Positions 17,975 through 28,267 are shown, numbered from the stretch's first letter. The stretch is DNA of 64,000 bases from Gemmatimonadales bacterium (GCA_037189525.1 JBBCJC010000002.1:768001-832000), one strand, 5' to 3'. Translations and numbers: made by a program. The notes: a model not told the origin generated them from the letters alone.

Positions 17975-18406
17975 TCATTCCACCCGCAGCCGGCCGAGTC
18001 GCGAGACGACGACGGTCCGCTGGATGGTGCCGCGCTGCAGCCGATGGGTCACATTGGCGAGCCCTAGAGACAGTCCGCTCGGTCCGTAGGTCAGTGCGTG
18101 CATCGCGGGACTCGAGGTCACGGCCATCGTTCCGGGGCCTTGCCGCCGGTGGATTGGGGGCTGATCCGGGCGGGCCGGATCTCTGACGACGATCGAGTCG
18201 GCCGTCACGAGGACCTCGATCTGGCGGCTCAGGGCCTCTGCCGCCGATCGGCCGATCCGATAGGCATCCAGAATCGCAGCCTGGGCCAGCGTCACCTGCG
18301 CGCGGTCCGCCTGCCGGCTTGCGCCGGTTACGACCATCCCTGCCAGGATCCCCGCCGTACTCAAGGTGACGAGCGTTTCGAGCAGCGTCATCAGTCGACC
18401 TCCCAT
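17975..18406 (-). CDS. FimT/GspH-like minor (pseudo)pilin
   Basis: Start trimmed to ATG at 18406; MTLLETLVTLSTAGILAGMVV with Glu at +5; C-terminal TVVVSRLGRLRV. Confidence 0.75.
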   Translation of the reverse strand: MGGRLMTLLETLVTLSTAGILAGMVVTGASRQADRAQVTLAQAAILDAYRIGRSAAEALSRQIEVLVTADSIVVRDPARPDQPPIHRRQGPGTMAVTSSPAMHALTYGPSGLSLGLANVTHRLQRGTIQRTVVVSRLGRLRVE

Positions 18407-18585
18407 CGGTTGGAAGCCCAAGATGGCACAGCTCGGCGGACCCCAGCGTACCCTTCCAACGCATGAGCCGCCCGGCCGACGCAATATCCCGAAACCCTGG
18501 CGCTCCGCCCTCAGCAGTCCATCTTTAGCATACGGTCCCATCCGGGGGTCGGTCGGACACGTATAGCGAGGGGGCGCAACGGGCC

Positions 18586-19152
18586 ATGGGCTTGATAATC
18601 TTCGCGGTGGTAGTGGTCGTGATCGTCTTCTGGGTGATCGGGGCGTACAACCAGCTCATCGCGCTCAAGAATCGGGTGCTGAACGCCTGGAAGCAGATCG
18701 ACGTGCAACTCAAACGCCGGCACGATCTGATCCCCAACCTGGTCGAGACAGTGCGGGGCGCGATGAGCTTCGAGCGCGAAACGCTCGAGGCGGTCATTGC
18801 CGCGCGCAACAGCGCCGTGCAGGCCCACGGCGTCGGGGCCACCGCCAAGGCGGAGGGCGAGTTGACACAGGCGTTGGGTCGGCTCTTTGCGTTGAGTGAG
18901 AACTATCCCGATCTCAAGGCCACCACCAACGTGGGGCAGTTGCAGGAAGAGTTGGCCAGCACCGAAAACAAGATTGCGTTTGCCCGGCAGTTGTACAACG
19001 ACGAGGCGACGCTCTACAACACCAAGCAGGATCAGTTTCCCACCAATCTGGTGGCCGGGCTCGCCAAGGCCTCGCCGGCGGAACTCTGGGAAATCGAGGA
19101 CGCCGCCGAACGCGCTGTGCCCAAGGTCGATCTCGGCTTCAAGAAACCGTAA
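18586..19152 (+). CDS. lemA: LemA family protein
   Basis: N-terminal TM; YNQL..L, IDVQLKRRHDLIPNLVETV, ENYPDLKA. Confidence 0.95.
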   Translation: MGLIIFAVVVVVIVFWVIGAYNQLIALKNRVLNAWKQIDVQLKRRHDLIPNLVETVRGAMSFERETLEAVIAARNSAVQAHGVGATAKAEGELTQALGRLFALSENYPDLKATTNVGQLQEELASTENKIAFARQLYNDEATLYNTKQDQFPTNLVAGLAKASPAELWEIEDAAERAVPKVDLGFKKP

Positions 19153-19158
19153 GGTGGC

Positions 19159-20181
19159 GTGACCGACCGCAACCTGTTCGAGCAGCAGGCGCACAACAAA
19201 CGTCGTTCGGCCTGGCTCACGGCGGGGTTCATCCTGTTCACCGCCTGGGTCGGGTTCGGCGGCGACCTCGGTTTCTATCTCCTCACGCGCGATGCGGGTC
19301 CCGAAGGGTATCGCCACGTCGTCCCGGTCATCGGCCTGGTCGCCTCGGTGATTGCGGGCGGCATCGCACTCTTTTCCTGGAAACGTGGTGCGCAGCAGGT
19401 GCTCGCGGCGTCCAAAGCCCGCGAAGTGATCGATCCGACCACGCTCGAAGAACGCCAGCTGGTCAACATCGTCGAGGAGATGGCCATCGCGTCCGGGGTG
19501 CCCAAGCCCCGGGTCTGGATCGTGCCCGACACCGATCCCAACGCCTTTGCCACCGGTCCCGATCCGGAACACGCGCACGTCGCGGTCACGGCTGGCTTGC
19601 TGCGGATGCTCAACCGCGACGAGTTGCAGGGCGTCGTGGCGCACGAGATGGCCCATGTGCGCAACTACGATATCCGGCTGATGACTCTCCTGGCCGGCAT
19701 GATCGGCGCCATCGTCCTCCTGTCCGACATCATGCGAAACTTCCTCCGCTTTGGCGGCGGGCGCCGGAGTGACTCGCGGGGCGGGAAGAAGGACGCCAAT
19801 CCGCTGGCGCTCCTGGTCCTGGGACTCTGGCTCATCAGTTTGATCCTGGCCCCGATCGTGACTCGGCTGCTGGCGATGTCGATCAGCCGGAAGCGCGAGT
19901 TCCTGGCCGATGCTACCGGCGCCCAGTTCACCCGGAATCCGTCGGCGCTGGCGAGCGCGCTTGCCAAGCTGGATGGCGCGGGCGAGCCGACCCGCTTCAT
20001 TGCCCGGGGCGCGGCACACATGTGCATCGTCGATCCGGCCGAGCGGCGCCTGGCCGGTAAGAGCGGCTTCCTCGGCATGATGGCGTCGCATCCGCCGATC
20101 GGGGAGCGGATCGAACGACTGCAGGCCATGGCCTTCATCGGCCCCGACCGGTCGCCCGATGCCCAGCTACCAACCGCCTGA
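19159..20181 (+). CDS. htpX: M48 family zinc metalloprotease (HtpX-like)
   Basis: PNAFATG, HEMAH, SRKREFLADA, SHPPIGERI; follows lemA. Confidence 0.9.
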   Translation: MTDRNLFEQQAHNKRRSAWLTAGFILFTAWVGFGGDLGFYLLTRDAGPEGYRHVVPVIGLVASVIAGGIALFSWKRGAQQVLAASKAREVIDPTTLEERQLVNIVEEMAIASGVPKPRVWIVPDTDPNAFATGPDPEHAHVAVTAGLLRMLNRDELQGVVAHEMAHVRNYDIRLMTLLAGMIGAIVLLSDIMRNFLRFGGGRRSDSRGGKKDANPLALLVLGLWLISLILAPIVTRLLAMSISRKREFLADATGAQFTRNPSALASALAKLDGAGEPTRFIARGAAHMCIVDPAERRLAGKSGFLGMMASHPPIGERIERLQAMAFIGPDRSPDAQLPTA

Positions 20182-20198
20182 TTTTTTCGCGAGCGTGC

Positions 20199-20999
20199 TC
20201 AGGACCGGGGCGGCAGCTTGAATTCGGTGTACCGTCCGAACGATCGAAACCCGAGCCGGTGATAAAGAGATTCCGCGCCAGGCGCCGCCTGGAGGATGCC
20301 GATCGCGATTCCATCCCGCCTCGCGTCCTCCAGCGGCGACGTGACGAGGTGTGATCCGATTCCGCGGCCCCGGTGGGCAGCGGCCGTTCCGACGTTGTAG
20401 AGTCCGGCCACCTTGCCGCCAATCGTCACTTCCGCGGTACCGACCGCCTCATCTCCGTCCCAGGCCAGATACAGACGCAGGGGGCAACCGGGTGCGAGCA
20501 ACAGGTCGGCTGCGGCGTGGTAGAACCCGAGCACCGATTGGTCCGGAGGATCCCAGTTGGCGGCAAGCACGGCCGCAAAGCGTCGCAATTCCTCCACGGT
20601 GCCGACCCGGGCAATCCGAAGTGCGCCGCCCAATGGCGCGCGCTGCGCAGCAACCTCTTCCAGATCGGCGGCCATGGCCGCTTCGGATTCCGCGGCCACG
20701 AGACCTGCCTCAGTCAGCCGGCGATCGAGATCGGCGGGTTGATCTCCCGGACTCAGCCACCAGGAAAACGGACGATTCGCGGCGCCGAAATGATCGAGGA
20801 CGGCCGCGATTCGATCGGCCGCCAGGTCCGGAGCGAGCCGGGTGTGACAGACGGTGTTGAAGGTGTCGCAGGGAAGGCCCGAGTCGGCGAGCTGGAGGCC
20901 CAAGTCGTCCTGGCACGTCATGCCGGGCAGCTGACGCTGGATCCAGCCGCTGTGGAGCGCCAGGTTCCGGTCGGCGCGGTCGAGCAGACTGGCCGGCAC
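20199..20999 (-). CDS. GNAT family N-acetyltransferase
   Basis: Start trimmed to GTG at 20999; VGTAAAHRGRGIG motif A; LYHRLGF. Confidence 0.85.
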   Translation of the reverse strand: MPASLLDRADRNLALHSGWIQRQLPGMTCQDDLGLQLADSGLPCDTFNTVCHTRLAPDLAADRIAAVLDHFGAANRPFSWWLSPGDQPADLDRRLTEAGLVAAESEAAMAADLEEVAAQRAPLGGALRIARVGTVEELRRFAAVLAANWDPPDQSVLGFYHAAADLLLAPGCPLRLYLAWDGDEAVGTAEVTIGGKVAGLYNVGTAAAHRGRGIGSHLVTSPLEDARRDGIAIGILQAAPGAESLYHRLGFRSFGRYTEFKLPPRS

Positions 21000-21003
21000 G
21001 GCG

Positions 21004-22056
21004 CTAGAGCCGTTCGCCGACCGCCGCGAGGAGTTCATCGGCCAGCGTGGCGGGGTCGAAGGGCACCGAGACGACGCGGTCGGCGCCGGCGGCCCGGGCC
21101 CCGGTCGTGATCCCGTCGACCAGTGCCACCAGCGCATAGAGCCGATTGCGATCGGGGACGAAGCCGCCGAGCGCAGCTTTCGGATCCGAGGTGCCGGGTG
21201 CGGACAGTACGACGAGCGCCGTGTCGACCCGGTTGGCGTGCGAGGCCAGCTCGCTCGGTGAGCTGACCCGGTCGACCGTGAACCCGGTATGGCGGAGGAG
21301 CAGAGCCGCCAGCCGCGCCGTGTCTTCGTGGGTAATCCAGACCAGGGCTCGCCCGCGGTGCTGGATCACCGGCTGGTGGCCGATGGCCAGGTTGATCATG
21401 CGCAGCCCGACCTGATAATCGGCGCTGCTGGCTTGCCGGAGATCGCCGGCCTTCTTGATGATATCGCGGATGCGCAGCAGGCTGTCGCGAACCGACTCGA
21501 GCGCGCTCCGGTGATCCGAATCGAGATGGCGATCGGTAAGCAACAGCTCGACCTCGGCCGATGCGCTCATCAGCGGATTATTGATCTCGTGATGCAGCGT
21601 CACCGTCATCTCGCCGATGGCGGCGAGCCGCTCGGCGCGGACCAGCTCCTGTTCGACCGCGGTCTGCGCGGCCGTCAGGGCGCGCCGGCGCCGGACCCGC
21701 TCGACGATCTGGGGCAGCAATTCGCGCAGGTTGCCGTCTTTGACCAGATAGTCTTCCGCTCCGGCGCGTAGCGCGGCCGCGGCCAGCGTCTCGCTGCCTT
21801 CACCGGTTACCATCACGACCGAGGGCGGGTCCGGCCGGGCAACCAGGCGCGGCAGCAGGTCGATCCCGGTCCCGTCCGGCAGCTGGTAGTCGAGCAGGAT
21901 GATATCGGCGTCGCTACAGGCCGCGAGGGCTTCGGCGCCGGAATTGACGACGGTCACGTCCTCATAGCCGGCGGCGCTGAGCAGTCGGCGTACAAGGTGG
22001 ACCATGCTCGCGTCGTCGTCGACGACGAGTAATCGGGGTCTGGCGGGATCAGGCAC
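21004..22056 (-). CDS. Receiver - HisKA - degenerate receiver protein (no HATPase domain)
   Basis: LLVVDDD...ILLDYQLP...MVTG...YLVK receiver; H-box LHHEINNPL; no N/G1/G2 boxes. Confidence 0.8.
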   Translation of the reverse strand: MPDPARPRLLVVDDDASMVHLVRRLLSAAGYEDVTVVNSGAEALAACSDADIILLDYQLPDGTGIDLLPRLVARPDPPSVVMVTGEGSETLAAAALRAGAEDYLVKDGNLRELLPQIVERVRRRRALTAAQTAVEQELVRAERLAAIGEMTVTLHHEINNPLMSASAEVELLLTDRHLDSDHRSALESVRDSLLRIRDIIKKAGDLRQASSADYQVGLRMINLAIGHQPVIQHRGRALVWITHEDTARLAALLLRHTGFTVDRVSSPSELASHANRVDTALVVLSAPGTSDPKAALGGFVPDRNRLYALVALVDGITTGARAAGADRVVSVPFDPATLADELLAAVGERL

Positions 22057-23143
22057 GCGCGTCGTCGAGGAAAATGAGGGCCTCGCGACGCGCTACGACG
22101 GATTGGAGCGCCCGGTGGACGCGCGGATCGATGACGGTCCCGACGAGGTCGCGCAGCCGCTCGATGGCCAACTCGGGCACCATCTTTTCCTGATAGGGCC
22201 GGGACGTCGTCAGGGCATCGTAGATCTCGACCGCGCCGATGATCCGCGCGCCGGCGGGGATCTCGTCGCCGGCGAGTCCGTCCGGGTAGCCCTTGCCGTC
22301 CCAGCGTTCATGGTGGCTGCGCACCACGTCGATGATCTGCTTCAAATGCGCGAGCGGGGCCAGGATCTGTGATCCGGTGACCGTGTGATTCTTGACGTGC
22401 TCGAACTCTTCGTCGGTGAGGGGGCCCTGCTTGTTGAGGATCTCCTCACGGATTCCGATTTTACCGATGTCGTGGAGGCGTCCGGCGGTCCGGACCAGCT
22501 CGACGCCCTCCTCGTCCATCCCCATCTCGGCGGCCACCGTTGCCGCCATGTCGGCCACCCGCGCCGAGTGGCCGCGGAGGTACGGGTCCTTCGCTTCGAG
22601 CGCGTTGACGAGCGCTTCGAGCGTAGCCACCGAGATCCGCTCCAGGTTGGCGCGCTCCATCCGCAGCTCGGCGGTCCGGATCGCCACCTCTTCCTTGAGC
22701 CAGTGATTGATCTGCTGGCTCTCGATCATGGTATCGCGGCGGCGGAGCGCGCGATGGATGGCGCGGAGCAGGTCGGTCAGGTCGACGGGCTTGGTGAGGT
22801 AGTCCATCGCGCCGCGCTGCATGCAGAGCGCGGCGCTGGCGGCGTCGTTGACCGCGGTGAGCATCAGGATGGCGGCGTTGGGCTCGATTTCGAGGACCTG
22901 CGGCACCAGGTCGATCCCGTTGGCATCCGGCATCCGCACATCGAGCAGCACGCAGGCGATTTTCTGCCGGTGAAGCGCGTCGATCGCTTCGCTACCGGAC
23001 GCAGCCGTCGAAACCTCGTATCCCTGTTGCGTCAGGAAACGCTTGAGGGCGTTCCGGATCGGTTCCTCGTCGTCGACGACGAGGACCGTGACCGGGCCTT
23101 TGGGCGTGCTGGCAAACTGGTACGGTGCGGCGGCTTGTTCCAC
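22049..23143 (-). CDS. Response regulator with HD-GYP cyclic-di-GMP phosphodiesterase domain
   Basis: Start trimmed to GTG at 23143; VLVVDDE...LLDVRMP; LHDIGKIG; HHERWDGKGYPDGL. Confidence 0.92.
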   Translation of the reverse strand: MEQAAAPYQFASTPKGPVTVLVVDDEEPIRNALKRFLTQQGYEVSTAASGSEAIDALHRQKIACVLLDVRMPDANGIDLVPQVLEIEPNAAILMLTAVNDAASAALCMQRGAMDYLTKPVDLTDLLRAIHRALRRRDTMIESQQINHWLKEEVAIRTAELRMERANLERISVATLEALVNALEAKDPYLRGHSARVADMAATVAAEMGMDEEGVELVRTAGRLHDIGKIGIREEILNKQGPLTDEEFEHVKNHTVTGSQILAPLAHLKQIIDVVRSHHERWDGKGYPDGLAGDEIPAGARIIGAVEIYDALTTSRPYQEKMVPELAIERLRDLVGTVIDPRVHRALQSVVARREALIFLDDARA

Positions 23144-23226
23144 GAGACGATAGTCTCCCGAGTGTGCCCGTCGTGGATGAATCTGTGACAGTGACCACGG
23201 GCGGGCAAGGTCCACCGCCTGGTCTG

Positions 23227-24063
23227 CTACCCGATGAACTCGACCGCGATCTGGTGCGGAATCAGGCCGGCCGCATGGCCGCGATCGAGCAGGAGCTGGA
23301 CCGCTTTTCGGCCGCGCTCGCCGTAGTCCACCGTCCACTGATTGACGTACATCCCGACGAAGGTATCGGTCCGCTCGTCGGAGATGCCCCGGTTGTACTG
23401 CTTGGCGTGTGCCAGAGCCGCGCCGCGGTGGGCCAGCGAATACTCGATCGAGGCTTTGAGGTCCCGAGCTACCTGATTCATGACCTCGGTGCCCAGATCC
23501 CGGCGGACCACGTTCCCGCCCAGGGGGAGAGGAAGGCCGGTGTCGGCCAGCCACCAGGCGCCCAGGTCCTCCCAGAGGTGGAGGCCCAGGTCGCCAAACG
23601 TCAGCTGACCCTCGTGAATCAGCAGTCCGACTGGCACATCGCCCCGGAGCACCGCGTCTTCGATCTGGTCGAACGGCATCACGACCGGCTCGAAATCGGG
23701 CTGATACAGCTTGAGCGCGAGGAACGCGGTGGTCAGCGTTCCGGGCACGGCCACCCGCTTGCCTGCAATCGCCTGGCGGGGGTCGGCCGGCTTGGGTTCG
23801 GTCGAAACCAGGCGGGGCCCGTAGCCGTCACCCATGGATGATCCGCTGGACAGGAGCGCGTAGCGGTCCGCCAGGTAGGCGTAGGCATGGATGGAGACGG
23901 CCGTGACTTCGAGTTCTCCCTGGAGGGCCCGCCGGTTCAGCGTCTCGATATCCTGCAGCTCATGGGTGTAGGAGAGATCACCCGTGTCGATGTGGCCCGA
24001 CGAAAGGCCGTAGAACATGAAAGCATCGTCGGAATCGGGGGAATGAGCGACACGGATCAGCAT
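23227..24063 (-). CDS. mqnD: 1,4-dihydroxy-6-naphthoate synthase (futalosine menaquinone pathway)
   Basis: HSPDSDDAFMFYGL, DIETLN, GDGYGP, LLIHEGQLT, LPLPLGG, MYVN. Confidence 0.9.
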   Translation of the reverse strand: MLIRVAHSPDSDDAFMFYGLSSGHIDTGDLSYTHELQDIETLNRRALQGELEVTAVSIHAYAYLADRYALLSSGSSMGDGYGPRLVSTEPKPADPRQAIAGKRVAVPGTLTTAFLALKLYQPDFEPVVMPFDQIEDAVLRGDVPVGLLIHEGQLTFGDLGLHLWEDLGAWWLADTGLPLPLGGNVVRRDLGTEVMNQVARDLKASIEYSLAHRGAALAHAKQYNRGISDERTDTFVGMYVNQWTVDYGERGRKAVQLLLDRGHAAGLIPHQIAVEFIG

Positions 24064-24101
24064 GGCAAAGACTCGTTCGAAGGAGGGGCGCCAACTCGCC
24101 G

Positions 24102-24884
24102 TCAGCGGCTGTTGGCTTGGGCCCGGTTACGGAAGTCGGTGATGACGGCCTGATGGTCGAGGTATTCGACCCGGTTGGCCGCCATCTCGGCGTCGTAGGC
24201 GCGCAGGAAATTGGCGTAGCTGGCGGCGAGGGCCGACGAATCGTTCTCGTACTCGGCCACCTCGCCGCGGATCAGGTAGCCGAACAGATGGTCCGGTTGC
24301 CCGGCAAGGATCGTATCGGCTTTGGCCTTGGCCCGGGCAAACTCGCCGACCACGGTATGGATCATGGCGGCGTGATACCGGGCATCGGCATCGACTTCAC
24401 CCGGCGCGAGCAGACCATACGCATCGAGCGCCATCGGCGAAAACATCATCACGGTGTCGGCCGAGCGGGCTTCGGCGGCGCGCATGACACGCTCGAACAA
24501 CCGGTCGAAGCGCTGGCGCGGCGTCATGTTGCTGATATCGGGAGCCCGGCCGGCCTGCGCGACGGCTCCGCTGCCCCCGCCGGCATTGGCCATGGCAGGA
24601 GCCTGCGGTGTCGGCACATTGCCTTTGCCGACCATGTAGGCCACCGCGGCAACCGACAGCAGCGCCACGAGGCCGGCCACGACCCAGGCAAACCGTTCCT
24701 GCTTGGCCCCGACGCCTCGGCCCGCTTCCGACCCGCAGCGATGACAATAGCGCGCGCCCGGCGTGAGCTCACCGCCGCATCCTTCACAGCGCCGCTGTCC
24801 GGCCCGCGCGCCGCACTGGCTGCAGAACTGGCCGGTGAAGGGACTGCCGCAGCTGGCGCAGGTATTTTGAGACGCGTTGGTCAT
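24102..24884 (-). CDS. Double zinc-ribbon membrane protein with a TPR-like C-terminus
   Basis: Four CxxC pairs (CASC, CSQC, CEGC, CHRC), a TM helix and a helical C-terminal domain. Confidence 0.75.
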   Translation of the reverse strand: MTNASQNTCASCGSPFTGQFCSQCGARAGQRRCEGCGGELTPGARYCHRCGSEAGRGVGAKQERFAWVVAGLVALLSVAAVAYMVGKGNVPTPQAPAMANAGGGSGAVAQAGRAPDISNMTPRQRFDRLFERVMRAAEARSADTVMMFSPMALDAYGLLAPGEVDADARYHAAMIHTVVGEFARAKAKADTILAGQPDHLFGYLIRGEVAEYENDSSALAASYANFLRAYDAEMAANRVEYLDHQAVITDFRNRAQANSR

Positions 24885-24988
24885 AGCACGCGAAAAGTAA
24901 GGGGTTGGAGCCTGCACGGTGAGGGGTGGGTCTGGTGCTCCGGGGAGCCTTCCGCTACCATCCTACCTCAGGCGAACTGTAAGGACTC

Positions 24989-25255
24989 ATGACACAGCCT
25001 ACGGCAGCCGAGATTCCCAGCGTGCCTGGTGCCCATCATCTGGGCGACCTCGGGCGCGGCGGCGTTACGTGGAAGGTGTATCTGGAAACGAATACCACCA
25101 TGGTGCCCGTCAAGGGCCGGGTGCATTTCGTTGCCGACGCGACGCAGCGGTCGACTGGGTGGATCTTCATCGAACGGACGGAACAGGACCTCTTGCGGCG
25201 ATTTCATGAGTTCAGCGCGCTCGAGCTGTGGAGGGTGCTCGAAAGTCTCGCTTGA
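24989..25255 (+). CDS. Small hypothetical protein
   Basis: RBS AAGGA upstream; protein-like composition. Confidence 0.65.
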   Translation: MTQPTAAEIPSVPGAHHLGDLGRGGVTWKVYLETNTTMVPVKGRVHFVADATQRSTGWIFIERTEQDLLRRFHEFSALELWRVLESLA

Positions 25256-25282
25256 GCGGCATCGAGCCCCACGCTGTCCTCC

Positions 25283-26884
25283 ATGTTACGCTGGTCCGTT
25301 CCGTTTGCCGTGGTCGCGGCTATTGCCGCTCCGCTCAACGCGCAGACTCCTCCCGACTCCACTGGTGCACTGAATCGCATCACCGCCGTGGTGATCGAGA
25401 CCAGTGACGTCTATACCCAGGAACAAGCCAATACGCTGGTTGCCCGGATTCTGAACGGGCTCCACATCACGACGCGCCACGGCGTGATCCGTCGCGAGGT
25501 GCTGCTCCGCCCGGGCGAAGTCTATGATTCCGCCCGCGCGGCAGAGACGGAACGCGGCCTTCGGGCGCTGCGGATCTTCCGGCGGGTCACGGTCGACTCG
25601 GTCCGGTCGGACTCGGGGTTGGTACTGCGGGTCCGGACCCAGGACGCCTTCACCACCCGGTTCGAGTTTTCCATCGTCGGCTCGGACGAGAGCCGGAGTT
25701 GGGCCGTATCCGTCAACGAACTCAATCTGCTCGGCACGGCCACCCGGGTCATGGTGCGCTACCGGAAGACGCCCGACCGCGATGGGGTGACGACCTCGTT
25801 CCAGCGCCATCGCTTGATCGGCGGACGGGTGGGGCTCACGGCGTTCTACGATGCGCGGAGCGACGGCCACACCGTCTACGGTGACATAGCCCAGCCGTTC
25901 TTCTCCTTTTCGTCGCCGACCAGCTGGTTCGTTTCCGGCGAGCAACGCGATGAGCGCGTCCTGCGCTTCGCGGAGGGCGACCCCGATCCATCGGCCATTC
26001 TCGAGCGGCGCTTCTGGCTGGCCCGCACCGGGATGGGTCAGGCGCTGATCCGCTCGCCGTCGGGATACCTCCGGGTCGGCGTCAATGCGCAGCTCCGGCG
26101 CGACGATTACGCCGCGCAGTCGCGGGTCGACACGCTGGGCCGGAGCGTGTCGGGGGCCATCACGCCTTTCCTCCAATGGCGGGCCGCGCGCTTCCTGGTG
26201 AGCCGGGACTTCGAAGGGATGGGACGGCAGGAGGATGTCGACCTGAGTACCGTCGTCCATTTCGGGCTGGGCCTCACCCCGGCGGCCTTCGGCTACCAGG
26301 ACAACGGCATCGTCCCCACCCTCTCGGCGCACACCGGGGTGGGGTGGCGACGGGGGTTTGCCCGGTTTTCGACCTCGATCCACGGCCGCCTGACCGACGC
26401 CGGGGTGGTCGACTCCGGCGCGGTCCACCTGGCCAGTCTGGTCGTCCTGAAGCCGGCGCCCCGTCAGATGGCGGTCTTCCATGCGGCCCGGGGTTGGCAG
26501 AAGAACCCCATGCCCGGGGCGGAGTTCGACCTGGGACTGGGGCTGGGCCCGCGCGGTTTCCGAGCCCATGCCTTTACCGGCGACCAGGCATTCCTGGTGG
26601 GCACCGAACTCCGCTATACCGTCGTCGACGACTTCCTCAACTCGGCCGGGCTGGGGGTCGCGGCGTTTGCGGAGTATGGTGGGGCCTGGTATGCGGGGTC
26701 GCCGGTCCGGGCCGGCTATTCGGTCGGGCTGGGGCTCCGCTTCGGACTGACCTTTGCCAGCGATCTCTCACCGGCCCGGCTCGACTTTGCCTACACCGGC
26801 GGGGACGGCCTTGCCCGCCCGGCCTGGCGGGTCGCGTTCGGGAAGGGATTCGCCTTCAGTACGAGTGGTCGGCTGGACCAGTGA
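25283..26884 (+). CDS. POTRA-containing BamA/TamA-like outer-membrane protein
   Basis: Signal peptide; VIRREVLLRPGEVYD...ETERGLR POTRA; ELNLLG; GPRGF barrel loop motif. Confidence 0.75.
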   Translation: MLRWSVPFAVVAAIAAPLNAQTPPDSTGALNRITAVVIETSDVYTQEQANTLVARILNGLHITTRHGVIRREVLLRPGEVYDSARAAETERGLRALRIFRRVTVDSVRSDSGLVLRVRTQDAFTTRFEFSIVGSDESRSWAVSVNELNLLGTATRVMVRYRKTPDRDGVTTSFQRHRLIGGRVGLTAFYDARSDGHTVYGDIAQPFFSFSSPTSWFVSGEQRDERVLRFAEGDPDPSAILERRFWLARTGMGQALIRSPSGYLRVGVNAQLRRDDYAAQSRVDTLGRSVSGAITPFLQWRAARFLVSRDFEGMGRQEDVDLSTVVHFGLGLTPAAFGYQDNGIVPTLSAHTGVGWRRGFARFSTSIHGRLTDAGVVDSGAVHLASLVVLKPAPRQMAVFHAARGWQKNPMPGAEFDLGLGLGPRGFRAHAFTGDQAFLVGTELRYTVVDDFLNSAGLGVAAFAEYGGAWYAGSPVRAGYSVGLGLRFGLTFASDLSPARLDFAYTGGDGLARPAWRVAFGKGFAFSTSGRLDQ

Positions 26885-26909
26885 TCGAGTTCCCCGTAGC
26901 TTCTGAGCC

Positions 26910-27359
26910 ATGACCGCCTCCGAACCGCCGTCTGCCCCTGCGCCAGAACCCGAACCGGCCCCAGTCCCGGTGCGCCGCCGGCGCTGGCCGGTCATTCTGG
27001 CCGCCGTGATCGTCACCCCGATTCTGCTGTCGATCATCTACACCGGGTTTGTCCTGACCTGGTCCTATTCGGACGGCGAGCGATCCGGCCAACTCTACCG
27101 GTTCTCGAAAAAAGGGTGGCTCTGCAAGACCTGGGAGGGGGAGCTCAACATCACCCCGACGGCGGCGTCTCCCACCATCTGGTACTTCACGGTTCGTGAC
27201 GAAGACATCGTGCCGGCCATTACGGATATGATCGGGAAGCAGGTGGTGCTCCACTACGGTGAACACCGTGGGGTGCCCAGCAGCTGCTTCGGCGATACCA
27301 ACTTTTTTGTCTATGGCGTGCGGGGGGTGGTTGGAACCTCCTCGGACACCATACCGTAG
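26910..27359 (+). CDS. Conserved membrane-anchored hypothetical protein
   Basis: TM helix followed by YSDGERSGQLYRFSKKGWLCKTWEGEL. Confidence 0.75.
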   Translation: MTASEPPSAPAPEPEPAPVPVRRRRWPVILAAVIVTPILLSIIYTGFVLTWSYSDGERSGQLYRFSKKGWLCKTWEGELNITPTAASPTIWYFTVRDEDIVPAITDMIGKQVVLHYGEHRGVPSSCFGDTNFFVYGVRGVVGTSSDTIP

Positions 27360-27380
27360 GGTCAAAGACCGGTTCTTCCC

Positions 27381-27409
27381 TTGCCGTGATCGGGCGGCGG
27401 TGCCAATTT
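27381..27409 (+). promoter_or_regulatory. Putative tRNA promoter
   Basis: TTGCCG-N17-CAATTT with a TG extension, 12 nt before the tRNA. Confidence 0.4.
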
Positions 27410-27421
27410 TCCTGACTTCCC

Positions 27422-27492
<71 letters not shown>

Positions 27493-27517
27493 CTCACCCC
27501 CAATTCGCGGGGGAATC

Positions 27518-28267
27518 ATGCAGTTCCGGACCATCATCGTCACGACGGTGCTGGCCACCTCCTTCGGCCTCGCTGCCCATCCGGCTTCGGGTGTGGCGCA
27601 GCCGAGATTTGCCTCCATCACGGGTCGAGTCATTACCGGGCCGGCGGAACGCCCGGTGAGCGGGATTACCGTCGTTCTCCTGGCGGTCGGCGGACGTGCC
27701 ACGACGGATTCGGCGGGCCGGTTCTCGTTTCTCGGTCTCGATGCCGGAACGTATCGGGTCGAAGCCGGCGTCGAAGGCATGGCGCCTCTGGCGGCCACGG
27801 TTGCCCTGGCGCAGGGTGAGCAGAAAGAAATCGAGTTTCGGATCGACGGGGCCGGTGAGCGGTTGCCCGTGGTGGTCTCCGCCCCGGCGGGCCGCGCGGT
27901 CGCCGATGCTCCTCCCAGCGCGTTTGCCCGCCGCCGGGCCCGCGGCAACGGCCGATACTTCGACCAGGACGAGATTCAGGAGCGCCGCCCGCATCGTTTG
28001 AGCGACTTGTTGCGCCTCTTGCCGGGCGTGCGGGTCGAATGCCGGGGAGGCAGTTGCTTCGTACGCCTCAATAACGACCCGCGCGGCTGCGCGCCTGCCG
28101 TCTTTCTCGACGAGCAGCGGAGCCCGGTGTCTGCGATCGATCAGACCGCGCCAAGTGACGTGCTTGGCCTGGAGATCTATCGCGGGCCATCGGAAACGCC
28201 GCCCGAGTTGAACAATGATCAGGCGCGGTGTGGTGGGGCAATCGCGATTTCGACGCGAAGGGGGTAG
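27518..28267 (+). CDS. Carboxypeptidase-regulatory-like domain plus TonB plug-like domain protein
   Basis: Signal peptide; ITGRV...TDSAGRFSFLGLDAGTY; LSDLLRLLPGVRV; LEIYRGPSETP...CGGAIAIST. Confidence 0.8.
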   Translation: MQFRTIIVTTVLATSFGLAAHPASGVAQPRFASITGRVITGPAERPVSGITVVLLAVGGRATTDSAGRFSFLGLDAGTYRVEAGVEGMAPLAATVALAQGEQKEIEFRIDGAGERLPVVVSAPAGRAVADAPPSAFARRRARGNGRYFDQDEIQERRPHRLSDLLRLLPGVRVECRGGSCFVRLNNDPRGCAPAVFLDEQRSPVSAIDQTAPSDVLGLEIYRGPSETPPELNNDQARCGGAIAISTRRG

